Source: an uncultured Pseudomonadota bacterium (GTDB lineage: Bacteria; Pseudomonadota; Alphaproteobacteria; Rs-D84). Taken from it: a stretch of 64,000 nt of DNA. Of this stretch, positions 45,409 through 54,396 are shown in pieces (positions within the stretch are counted from its first letter, which is position 1; every line of letters begins with the position of its first letter). The translations under genes were made by a program, and so were the position numbers. The notes under the pieces were generated by a model. It was not told where the DNA came from and searched no databases. It saw only the letters and a list, made by a program, of their open reading frames with translations. The stretch lies in assembly GCA_902802115.1 (NCBI GenBank), contig CADCKW010000001.1, forward strand, positions 72,409-136,408, read 5' to 3'.

Positions 45409-47373
45409 TTAATTACGTTTATCAAGTCTATACGCAATGAAACCGCCAAAAATTGCAATTAGAACAATTATAACAAACCACGCATCACGCCCCAACAACC
45501 TATACAAAGTCATATGGGAACCAGTTGCCACACCGTCCAACACACCAATTTGTCCAATGGGTAATTGCGATATAATTTTACCGTCCGCACCAACAAACGC
45601 ACTAATTCCAGAATAATTAGCCCTGATAACCGGAACACCCGATTCGATTGCCGCCCTGCGCACCATATCCAGATGTTGATATGTCCCCGGCGTTTTTCCA
45701 AACCAAGTATCATTTGTTATATTCACAATCGCATCAACATAATCATTTTTTACAACCGCATTTGAAAATATAATTTCATAGCAAACCGCCGGCGCAAAAA
45801 CAAAACTGGTGTTTTTATCAATACGTAAATCCATCAAACGCGCACCTTGCCCAGCCGTCAAATTTGCAGGTGTTGGAATAAATTTAATTGGACCATATTC
45901 ACCAAACGGCACCAAATGAGATTTACTGTAATAATCTAAAATATCACCATTTTCATTTGCCAAAACCAATGAATTATATACTGACGAATCATAATCAACA
46001 ACATGCGCACCAATTATCACAGGAACATTTAATTGTTTTGCAATCGGCATAAAATCATTTGGACGCAATGCAAACGGATACGATGTTTCTGGATAAATAA
46101 CAACATCAATATTGCGAACATCACCCGCCAATTTTATCAATGCATCAACACGATTTTTTGCCTGATTCAATGCGTCCGCACGCGTCATAGAAATTTTAGA
46201 TTCTTGACTGGTCACTGGTTGAACGACACGAATTCGCGTTGCACTATTACCCATATTTGATATTCCAATATTATTATATCCTGCAAACAACCCAACAACC
46301 AAAACCAGCATAAAAAACACAAACAAAAACCAATTCGCTTTGCCACCACGATTATATAATAATTGCACAGACGATGCAATCAAACCAAATATCACAAATC
46401 CTAATCCCAATGCACCAAACAACGACATAGAATTCGAAATAATTGCGCCACCCAAAGTAATATTTGCAATTGGATTCCATGGAAACCCAGTCAAAAACCA
46501 TTCACGCAACCACAACACCGCAGTTGCCGACAAAGCAAAAACCATTGGTTTTACACTATTTTCATTGTATATACATCGTGTCAATACAAATGGAATTGTG
46601 AATATAATTGCGCCAACCAATGCCAATCCAATCAATGCCGGCCCGGTCCAAATTGCAAATTGTTTTGTTAATTCCGGAACAACATATATGGAATTTAACG
46701 ACCACCAAAACATAGAAATTGAATACATGGCACCAAACGGAATCGCACGCAGCCAAACCCGCCACCAAGAAACTTTGTCATCACCCATACACAGCAACCA
46801 ATATGCCGCCCCAAATGCCAAAATTGTTATCCACCATAAATTAAAAGGCGCAAAACCCAACGATGCCAAACCACCCAGCACCCCAACCAACACATATTTC
46901 CACCATTTAAACCCAGAAACATTTTCATCAGCATACGGATTTTTAAACCCTAACTTTTTCAAAACTTTAATTTCTTTGGCCTCCATAACACGCGCCTGGG
47001 CATCAGTCAAATGATCATAACCCAACAAATGAAACATACCATGCACAACCATATGCGCCGTATGTTCAGCCACAGAAATATTCGCCGCCGCCGCTTCACG
47101 TTTTACAGTATCCAACGATATATAAATATCCCCCAACAAAATATCGTCACCCAATTCAAAAGACAAAACATTTGTTGGTTTATCCATATTACGATACATT
47201 TTATTCATCGCATGAATTTCATTATCATCAGTCAAAGTAATAGAAACCTCGGCATCACGATATTTTGCGCCAACAACCGCATTTGCAATTTTTTCAAAAT
47301 CTATATTATATTTTTTCCAACGTGAATCATTGTAATTAACATAAACTTTCATTTTTATCGCCTCTATACGCAT
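45409..47373 (-). CDS. ybeY-lnt: Fusion protein: endoribonuclease YbeY (N-terminus) + apolipoprotein N-acyltransferase Lnt (C-terminus)
   Basis: 654-aa single ORF. Residues about 1-150 carry the YbeY metal motif HGMFHLLGYDH and the C-terminal …LKKLGFKNPY. Polytopic Lnt follows directly (FAPFNLWWI…), with a CN-hydrolase domain (VVIYPE…, catalytic Cys in APAVCYEIIF). No stop separates them. Confidence 0.75.
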   Translation of the reverse strand: MRIEAIKMKVYVNYNDSRWKKYNIDFEKIANAVVGAKYRDAEVSITLTDDNEIHAMNKMYRNMDKPTNVLSFELGDDILLGDIYISLDTVKREAAAANISVAEHTAHMVVHGMFHLLGYDHLTDAQARVMEAKEIKVLKKLGFKNPYADENVSGFKWWKYVLVGVLGGLASLGFAPFNLWWITILAFGAAYWLLCMGDDKVSWWRVWLRAIPFGAMYSISMFWWSLNSIYVVPELTKQFAIWTGPALIGLALVGAIIFTIPFVLTRCIYNENSVKPMVFALSATAVLWLREWFLTGFPWNPIANITLGGAIISNSMSLFGALGLGFVIFGLIASSVQLLYNRGGKANWFLFVFFMLVLVVGLFAGYNNIGISNMGNSATRIRVVQPVTSQESKISMTRADALNQAKNRVDALIKLAGDVRNIDVVIYPETSYPFALRPNDFMPIAKQLNVPVIIGAHVVDYDSSVYNSLVLANENGDILDYYSKSHLVPFGEYGPIKFIPTPANLTAGQGARLMDLRIDKNTSFVFAPAVCYEIIFSNAVVKNDYVDAIVNITNDTWFGKTPGTYQHLDMVRRAAIESGVPVIRANYSGISAFVGADGKIISQLPIGQIGVLDGVATGSHMTLYRLLGRDAWFVIIVLIAIFGGFIAYRLDKRN

Positions 47374-47388
47374 TGATTCTGGGAATTT

Positions 47389-47754
47389 TTATTTTTTACC
47401 CAATCCAGATTTTTTTGCAATTTTCGACCTGACATTTGCATAATTTGGTGCAACAAATGGATAATCATCTGGCAATCCCCACTTTGCACGATATTGTTCA
47501 GGCGTCATATTAAATCGCCGTTTAATATATCGCCGCAACATAACATGCCACGTTCCATCTTCCAGACATTGAATTCTATCTGGTTGGACCGAATCAGCAA
47601 TTTGTTGGGGACTGACCACCGTTCCACGCAAAATTGCCCGCGCAGAATTAACCGCGTCCGCCATAGATAAATCAGGATTATTCGCCATTGCCGCCGCCGC
47701 CAGATTCGCAACAGCCAATGTAAATTCATTATTTTTCGTATTATTATTTACCAT
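47389..47754 (-). CDS. mucR: MucR/Ros-family transcriptional regulator (variant zinc-finger ligands)
   Basis: 121 aa. The sequence is …IQCLEDGTWHVML…MTPEQYRAKWGLPDDYPFVAPNYANVRSKIAKKSGLG, a hallmark MucR C-terminus. CLEDG replaces CLECG. Confidence 0.7.
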   Translation of the reverse strand: MVNNNTKNNEFTLAVANLAAAAMANNPDLSMADAVNSARAILRGTVVSPQQIADSVQPDRIQCLEDGTWHVMLRRYIKRRFNMTPEQYRAKWGLPDDYPFVAPNYANVRSKIAKKSGLGKK

Positions 47755-47826
47755 TTGCTAAAACACCTTTTATTTACTAATATTATACCACAAATAAACT
47801 ACAAATAAAACGAAAGTCAAATTATA

Positions 47827-49107
47827 ATGAAAAAAGATACCAGACCACTTGCCGATATTATGCGCCCTGCAACCATAGAAGAAGTTGTCGGGCAACAAAA
47901 TTTATTGGGTGAAAACGGATTGATACGCCGTATGGTTGATAACCACAAATTATCAAATTTAATATTATGGGGTCCCCCAGGTTGCGGTAAAACAACAATT
48001 GCACGCGCATTGGCACATTCTGTTGATATGGATTTTGTCCCGATGTCTGCGGTATTTTCTGGATCCGCCGATATAAAGAAAGCAATGGACGCGGCACGTA
48101 TGAATCGCGACATCGGTCGTGGAACACTGTTATTCATAGATGAAATTCACAGATTTAACAAAACCCAGCAAGACACATTATTGCCATATCTGGAAGACGG
48201 CACAGTTGTCTTTATCGGTGCAACAACCGAAAACCCCAGTTTTAATTTAAATAATGCATTGCTGTCACGTTGTCATGTTGGGGTTTTAACACCATTGGGC
48301 ACTGATGATTTAATGATATTACTGGACCGCGCCGAAAAATTTTTAAATAAAAAATTACCATTAACCATGGACGCAAAAATTCACTTGGCACAAATGGCTG
48401 ATGGCGACGCGCGATTTTTATTAAACACCGTTGAATATTTATCAAGCGCGAATTTTAAAAACGATTTAGACATCGATGCATTGGATAACGCAATACAAAA
48501 ACGCGCACCATTAAGTGATAAAACCGGTGACGAACATTATAATTTAATATCTGCGGTTCATAAATCTTTACGGGCCAGTGATACAGATGCGGCATTATAC
48601 TGGGTTGCACGCATGATGACATCTGGTCAAGACGCACGATACATTTTCCGTCGTCTTACCCGATTTGCAATGGAAGATGTTGGCCTGGCCGACCCAAACG
48701 CATTACAAATCGCGATTGCGGCATGGAACGCATACGAACGATTAGGCAGTCCCGAAGGCGATATTGCCTTGACTGAATTAGTTATATATTTGGGCACCGC
48801 ACCCAAAAGTACGTCCAGCGACCGCGCATTGATGGCATCATATAAATTAGCCAAACAAACAGGCAGCCTGCCCCCACCAAAAAACATTTTAAATGCACCA
48901 ACAAAAATGATGCGCGATATGGGATATGGCGCAGGATACATTTACGAACCCGACACAAAATCTGGGTTTTCTGGTCAAAATTGTTTCCCAGAAAGCATGC
49001 AACGCACAAAATTATATACACCAGTTGAACGCGGATTTGAACGTGAAATAAAAAAACGTGTTGATTATTGGGACGGATTACGCGAAAAAATAAACAATAA
49101 AAAATAA
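47827..49107 (+). CDS. rarA: Replication-associated recombination protein A (AAA+ ATPase)
   Basis: 426 aa with Walker A GPPGCGKTT, Walker B LFIDEIHRFNK and a MgsA C-terminal domain. Confidence 0.9.
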   Translation: MKKDTRPLADIMRPATIEEVVGQQNLLGENGLIRRMVDNHKLSNLILWGPPGCGKTTIARALAHSVDMDFVPMSAVFSGSADIKKAMDAARMNRDIGRGTLLFIDEIHRFNKTQQDTLLPYLEDGTVVFIGATTENPSFNLNNALLSRCHVGVLTPLGTDDLMILLDRAEKFLNKKLPLTMDAKIHLAQMADGDARFLLNTVEYLSSANFKNDLDIDALDNAIQKRAPLSDKTGDEHYNLISAVHKSLRASDTDAALYWVARMMTSGQDARYIFRRLTRFAMEDVGLADPNALQIAIAAWNAYERLGSPEGDIALTELVIYLGTAPKSTSSDRALMASYKLAKQTGSLPPPKNILNAPTKMMRDMGYGAGYIYEPDTKSGFSGQNCFPESMQRTKLYTPVERGFEREIKKRVDYWDGLREKINNKK

Positions 49108-49129
49108 CGCCAAATTGGCGTTATTTTTT
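49100..49129. terminator. Bidirectional rho-independent terminator
   Basis: The sequence aaaaataacgccaaattggcgttatttttt lies between rarA and the convergent OMP gene. Confidence 0.7.
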
Positions 49130-49853
49130 AAAACAAAATATTTAAATACATACCAACCGCAGATTCTTCGTTTTCATATTCATATGAATATGTTGCGCCA
49201 TATTGTGTTCGTCCAAATTGACGCACCAATTTGAAACGCAACCATTCGCGGTCAAAGTCAGGATTTGTCGCAACACGAATTGTTGCACCAATACCCAAAC
49301 GCCAACCATCAACCATACGAAAATATGAATCAGGCATAAAATCAATATATGACATGCCACGTGTATCATCAAAAATCCATGTTGATTTAACAGTTCCCGC
49401 CAAAGACACACCTGCCCATTGACGACCGACGCGCAATCCCGCAAAATATGTTGATTTTGCAAAGTCTGGTTCCCGCACATGACGATTACCACCAAACCGC
49501 GCACCGAACAAAACATCTGTTAAAATACGTGCCGAATTATTATCTGCCAATCCTGCACGATAAACACCGTTTAATTCAATACTGGAAAAACCGCGTTCTT
49601 TGCGTTCATGCACAAAATCGAACTGATAATGAATATTTGCACCGGCGGTCAAACGACTGTTCAAACCATATGAAAAAGCCTGACCTAAACGCAAAATATC
49701 ATTACCATAATCAACAGATGTTGTTGATAATAAATGTTCTGCGTCCAACAGATACAACATATCAGATGTATCTGCCATCAAATAATCATCATCTGCATAT
49801 GCGACGCCACACAACAAAACAGTTCCAACAAAACCACATAATAACTTTTTCAT
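49128..49853 (-). CDS. Outer-membrane beta-barrel protein (hypothetical)
   Basis: 241 aa with a signal peptide. It ends …YLNILF with a C-terminal Phe. Confidence 0.6.
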   Translation of the reverse strand: MKKLLCGFVGTVLLCGVAYADDDYLMADTSDMLYLLDAEHLLSTTSVDYGNDILRLGQAFSYGLNSRLTAGANIHYQFDFVHERKERGFSSIELNGVYRAGLADNNSARILTDVLFGARFGGNRHVREPDFAKSTYFAGLRVGRQWAGVSLAGTVKSTWIFDDTRGMSYIDFMPDSYFRMVDGWRLGIGATIRVATNPDFDREWLRFKLVRQFGRTQYGATYSYEYENEESAVGMYLNILF

Positions 49854-49872
49854 GTAAAACTATACCCGTTGT

Positions 49873-51048
49873 TTAGAATTGGAACATAACTTGCAACCCA
49901 ACCGACCATTCGCGGAATTTAGACAAATCAACATACGCATAATGTGCCGGGTCATTAAACTGTGCCGCCGTTGCAGGCAAAGTTCCATCATGCACGACCA
50001 AAGTCTTGTCATCTGCGCTGTCATACAAAGATGTTTTTGCATACAGATTCAATGCAAACCAATCATTTGGCTGCCAACCGAATGCACCTTTGATAGAAAA
50101 CTGGTCATGCCAATCATAGAAACCATATAAACCTTCAACATTTAAAGTCCAATCTTCTGCCAATACGGTCCAAACACCCATACCTAATTCGCCCATAAAA
50201 ACAGTATCTGTTGAATCGCCATAAACCAACATACCCCATTCGTTCGTGGTCAGGTTTTCCATATAATCACCATAAACATCACCGTCCATATTCACCAACC
50301 AACCGCGTGCCAAACCATAGATTGTTGATGTTGCGACTTTATACCCTGCCTTTAAATCAGCAATAAAATAATCAACACCATGTTTTTGATGTTCATAATA
50401 CCCAGATATCGTTGCAATCCAATCGTCTGTATCAACAATACGCCCCTGCAAACCCAAACCATACAGATTCAAACCATTTGATTTATATTCATCTGTACCT
50501 GCACCGGCGGTATCTGTCCATATTAATTTATCACGATTGTATTTACCCATTGCCTGCAAAGCGATACGGTCAGTCAAACCAAAACTCAAATCTTCCTTTA
50601 AAGACAATTCTTTTAATTTTCTGGCGACTTCGCCTGTGGCATTACCAAAATTATATTTACCCTCTAAATATTCACCGGTGGTCACCGAACCAAATTGAAA
50701 TTGCAAAGGCTGATAAAAAGGATTTGCAATAAAATATTTCCGCTTTGCAGATTTACGATATGTTTCACCACGAACATATGTTTGTTTATTTTCACGTGGT
50801 TTTACCTGACTATAATGACGTGGTTCATAATTTGTATTGATATTATCATACATACCCGCACGCGACGCACGTGGCGCATAATCATTAGAATAAGATTCAT
50901 ACGCACTACGATTTATACGGATAGTATCCCCATCAGAATTTGTCATATTGATACTGGAATACATAGAACTGCGGCCCGCCGCATTAACATCTGCACCAAA
51001 CGCAACACAGCCCAAAACTGCGAAAATCCCAAAAAATTTGATATTCAT
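49873..51048 (-). CDS. Outer-membrane beta-barrel protein (hypothetical)
   Basis: 391 aa with a signal peptide (…AFGADVNA). It ends …LQVMFQF and has aromatic-rich beta strands. Confidence 0.6.
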   Translation of the reverse strand: MNIKFFGIFAVLGCVAFGADVNAAGRSSMYSSINMTNSDGDTIRINRSAYESYSNDYAPRASRAGMYDNINTNYEPRHYSQVKPRENKQTYVRGETYRKSAKRKYFIANPFYQPLQFQFGSVTTGEYLEGKYNFGNATGEVARKLKELSLKEDLSFGLTDRIALQAMGKYNRDKLIWTDTAGAGTDEYKSNGLNLYGLGLQGRIVDTDDWIATISGYYEHQKHGVDYFIADLKAGYKVATSTIYGLARGWLVNMDGDVYGDYMENLTTNEWGMLVYGDSTDTVFMGELGMGVWTVLAEDWTLNVEGLYGFYDWHDQFSIKGAFGWQPNDWFALNLYAKTSLYDSADDKTLVVHDGTLPATAAQFNDPAHYAYVDLSKFREWSVGLQVMFQF

Positions 51049-51151
51049 TTAAATTCTCCTTTCCCGTCAATTATATCACATTTTACCCCAATAAAAAAGC
51101 CATAATTACATTTGAATTAAAAAGTAAAAAATAAAATATAAATATGTAAAT

Positions 51152-51443
51152 AGAACGAGGTAGATACGCAGTTATTTGCAAGTGCAGTGTACAAGCGCTA
51201 CATAAACGAGCAAATAACAAGCAAACATGCCGCCAACCCAACAGATATTAGAACGGTGTAGATGCGCAGTTGTTTGTGAGTGAAGTGTACAAATGCTACA
51301 TGAACGAACAAACAACAAGCAGATATGCCACAACAAATAAAAACAGATTTTATAACGGTGTAGATGCGACGATTCCGGCGAACGTAGTGTACAAGAGCTA
51401 CATGAGTGAGCCGGAATCAAGCAGATATGCCGTTATAAAATCT
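51152..51443. repeat. Array of three structured hairpin repeats (family R)
   Basis: Three tandem units of about 90 bp. Each has the conserved boxes gtagatgcgcag / gagtg.agtgtacaa.gctacatgaacga / caagcagatatgcc. The stems between them vary and compensate: ttatttgc/gcaaataa, ttgtttgt/acaaacaa, gattccggc/gccggaatc. In unit 3 the outer arm is ttttataacgg/ccgttataaaa. The ftsK stop codon lies in the last arm. Confidence 0.75.
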
Positions 51444-53649
51444 GGCGTTTGTTGTTGGCATCAGGCGCACTCACAATCCCTTCTTGTTCCATACGTTCCA
51501 TAAATCCAGCCGCCTTGTTATAACCAATTCCTAATCTTCGTTGCAGATATGAAATTGTTGGCTTTTTATCGCGCAAAACAATTTCTTTGGCCTGGGAATA
51601 CAAATCACCGTCCTTGGCGGCTTTAACATCTGCCGCCGATGGTGCCGCCCCAGACGCAATATCATCACCAGAATCCGTCACACCCGATGCATATTCTGGT
51701 TCGCCTTGGGAACGCAAGAAATCACCAATACGCGTTAATTCTTTATCCGAAATAAATGCACCATGAATACGTACCAAATCATGTCCAGAATCACTGTATA
51801 ACATATCACCACATGCCAATAACTGTTCTGCACCCTTTTCGCCCAATGCCGTCATTGAATCGATTACACTACGCGCATGGAAAGAAACACGTATTGGGAA
51901 ATTGGCTTTGATAACACCCGTAATGGTATTTGCGTCTGGACGCTGGGTTGCCATAATCAAATGAATACCGGCGGCACGCGCCTTTTGTGCAATTCGTTGA
52001 ACGCACATTTCAACCTCTTTACGCGCCACAGCCATCAAATCTGCGACCTCATCAATTACTATTACAATATATGGCATATCAGACAAATCGACTTCTTGGG
52101 TTTCAAACAACAATTCACCTGTTTCCTCGTCTGTGCCAATGGCAACCTGTTGAGTAATTTTCTCACCGGCCTCGCGCTTGGCGGCAACAATTTCATTATA
52201 ACTTTGAATATTACGCGCATTAACAACCTGCAACTGTTTATAACGTTCTTCCATTTCACGCACCGCCCATTTCAATGCGTTCACAGCCGCCGTCGCATCT
52301 AATTTCACAATTGGCGTAATTAAATGTGGGATATCGTCCCAAAATCCAAAATCAACACCTTTTGGGTCAATAATAATCAACTTACATTTATCAGGTGTAA
52401 AATGATACACAATAGAAGTAATTATCGATTGAACAAATACAGATTTTCCAGTTCCCGTATGTCCAGAAACCAACATATGCGGCATTTTTGCCAAATCATA
52501 ATATAATGGATTTCCACCAATATCGACTCCCAACGCCAACGGTATTTTAAAAGGCGAATTTACAAACATATCATTTTCTATTAGACTACGATATTTAACC
52601 GTTTGTGGTTTTAAATTTGCCATTTCCACACCAATCAATTGCGTTGATGGAATTGGCGCAATACGCAAAGTTTTTGTCGCCATGGCGCGCGTCATATCTT
52701 TGACAGTCTTGGTCACATCAATCAATTTTGTTCCGCTTTCCGGCAAAAATTCATACAGTGTCACAATTGGTCCTGGGCGAATACCCGTCACTTTGCCATA
52801 CACATTGTATTCTGCGAAATGTGTTTCCATAGATTCTGCTTGGGCCCTTAATTCAGGTGTCACAACCCCTTTGCCAAACACAGATTCTTCCAAAAATTCA
52901 GGGTCAGGCAATTCATATTCGCTATTTTCAACCACAACTTTTTTACGAACCGCACGTGTTTTCTTTTGCTTAGGTTTCTCTTCTTCCTCTGCTTCTTCGG
53001 TTTCTTCTTCTGCGTCTTCTTCCTCTTCATCTTCTTCACGCACAGGCAAAATATGAAATGCAGACAGCACCCAACGAATTGCGCCCCAAACCAAATGCGC
53101 AACACTAACCACATAATCCCATTTTATATGCAATAAAATTCCAGCCATCAACCCAAATCCAGCCAACGAAAGCAAACCAATAATAATCTGCCAATTACCC
53201 ATAAACGCACCAAAATCATTTGATGCAATCGCGCCAAACATACCACCAAACGAAGACCCTGGAAACACCATACCAAACCCAGCGCACCCCAAACATAACG
53301 CAATAAATCCACGCAATATATTATATTCAGGCGTTGCCATTTCATCGCGTCCGCCCATGTAATAAAAACCTGCACGCATTAAACACAAAAATAAAAATAT
53401 CATTGGAATAAAACCAAACACATATCGCATAAAACCAACGACCCACCCAAATATACCATGATTACCATATGTGCTGGAAACCGCCCAACCGTCCAGATAA
53501 GAATTATAAAACAAGGCCGATAAAATCGCCAATACACCAACGACAAACATCACCCCGCCCAACAACCGCCAAGCCAGGTCTTTCAACGCCCCAGACAATC
53601 TTTCTGGTAAAAATCTAGATTTTCCTTCCATGCCCCGATTATACCACAA
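51433..53649 (-). CDS. ftsK: DNA translocase FtsK
   Basis: 738 aa with N-terminal TM segments and an acidic E-rich linker. The motor domain has Walker A GHTGTGKS, and there is a C-terminal gamma winged-helix domain. Confidence 0.9.
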   Translation of the reverse strand: MWYNRGMEGKSRFLPERLSGALKDLAWRLLGGVMFVVGVLAILSALFYNSYLDGWAVSSTYGNHGIFGWVVGFMRYVFGFIPMIFLFLCLMRAGFYYMGGRDEMATPEYNILRGFIALCLGCAGFGMVFPGSSFGGMFGAIASNDFGAFMGNWQIIIGLLSLAGFGLMAGILLHIKWDYVVSVAHLVWGAIRWVLSAFHILPVREEDEEEEDAEEETEEAEEEEKPKQKKTRAVRKKVVVENSEYELPDPEFLEESVFGKGVVTPELRAQAESMETHFAEYNVYGKVTGIRPGPIVTLYEFLPESGTKLIDVTKTVKDMTRAMATKTLRIAPIPSTQLIGVEMANLKPQTVKYRSLIENDMFVNSPFKIPLALGVDIGGNPLYYDLAKMPHMLVSGHTGTGKSVFVQSIITSIVYHFTPDKCKLIIIDPKGVDFGFWDDIPHLITPIVKLDATAAVNALKWAVREMEERYKQLQVVNARNIQSYNEIVAAKREAGEKITQQVAIGTDEETGELLFETQEVDLSDMPYIVIVIDEVADLMAVARKEVEMCVQRIAQKARAAGIHLIMATQRPDANTITGVIKANFPIRVSFHARSVIDSMTALGEKGAEQLLACGDMLYSDSGHDLVRIHGAFISDKELTRIGDFLRSQGEPEYASGVTDSGDDIASGAAPSAADVKAAKDGDLYSQAKEIVLRDKKPTISYLQRRLGIGYNKAAGFMERMEQEGIVSAPDANNKRQIL

Positions 53650-53703
53650 AAAATCCTAAAATTAAAGGGGGACAATATAAAAAATCGGGATAATCCCGAC
53701 TTT

Positions 53704-54387
53704 CTATTTTATCCGTCTAACAATCGCCAAAACGACATCTGCGGCGACCATACCAATAAACGCACCCAATATAACATCGGTCGGCCAATGCGCACCAATT
53801 GCCACACGCGACACAGCAATCACAATTGCCAAAGTCCATGTCAGCCATTTGAAACGCGGCATTAACATACCTAACATAACCAAACCGGCAAACGATAACG
53901 CGGTATGCCCAGACGGCATAGAATTAAACCAATAATTTGTTGTAAATGGATAAAAACCGTCTAAACCCAACATATCAAAAAATCTTGGGCGCATACGACC
54001 AATAACAAACTTTAATATTTCGACAACGATGCCAGACAAACACAGCGAACACAAAACCAAAAACGCATTACTGTTTTTTAATTTTGAATACGCATCTTTG
54101 AATAAAAATTGCACATTAAACCAATGCATCTGTGTTGTTGGATTATTACGCAATTCGTATGTTTTTTTCAAATACATCAATATTGTTGCCAATAAAAATA
54201 CCGCAACCCAGACCTTGCCATCAAATATATTCGCGAACCAATGCCACAAAGTAATATCATAATTTTGCAACCATAAATATACTGGCACATCAAACCAACG
54301 AACCCCGACAATCACAGTCGCCAAAACCAAAACACTCGCCACAACCAAACGCAACCATTTAATTTTATTTTGTTTTGAAATAAACAT
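53704..54387 (-). CDS. PAP2-family lipid phosphatase
   Basis: 227 aa with the motifs KxxxxxxRP (KFVIGRMRP), PSGH, and SRVAIGAHWPTD. Confidence 0.75.
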   Translation of the reverse strand: MFISKQNKIKWLRLVVASVLVLATVIVGVRWFDVPVYLWLQNYDITLWHWFANIFDGKVWVAVFLLATILMYLKKTYELRNNPTTQMHWFNVQFLFKDAYSKLKNSNAFLVLCSLCLSGIVVEILKFVIGRMRPRFFDMLGLDGFYPFTTNYWFNSMPSGHTALSFAGLVMLGMLMPRFKWLTWTLAIVIAVSRVAIGAHWPTDVILGAFIGMVAADVVLAIVRRIK

Positions 54388-54396
54388 ATAAATCCC

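Noticed and set aside
46340-47014. A 224-aa + strand ORF.
   Set aside because: It is antisense to the lnt portion of the ybeY-lnt ORF. It has no RBS and an Asn/Pro-rich composition, typical of a shadow ORF in AT-rich DNA.
51152-51443. Considered whether the repeat arrays are CRISPR arrays or integron attC cassettes.
   Set aside because: The units abut with no unique spacers, and each unit is itself a long hairpin. There are no cas genes, no intI and no cassette ORFs between units in the window. An attC-like or REP-like recombination substrate remains a formal possibility, and this is covered in the findings.
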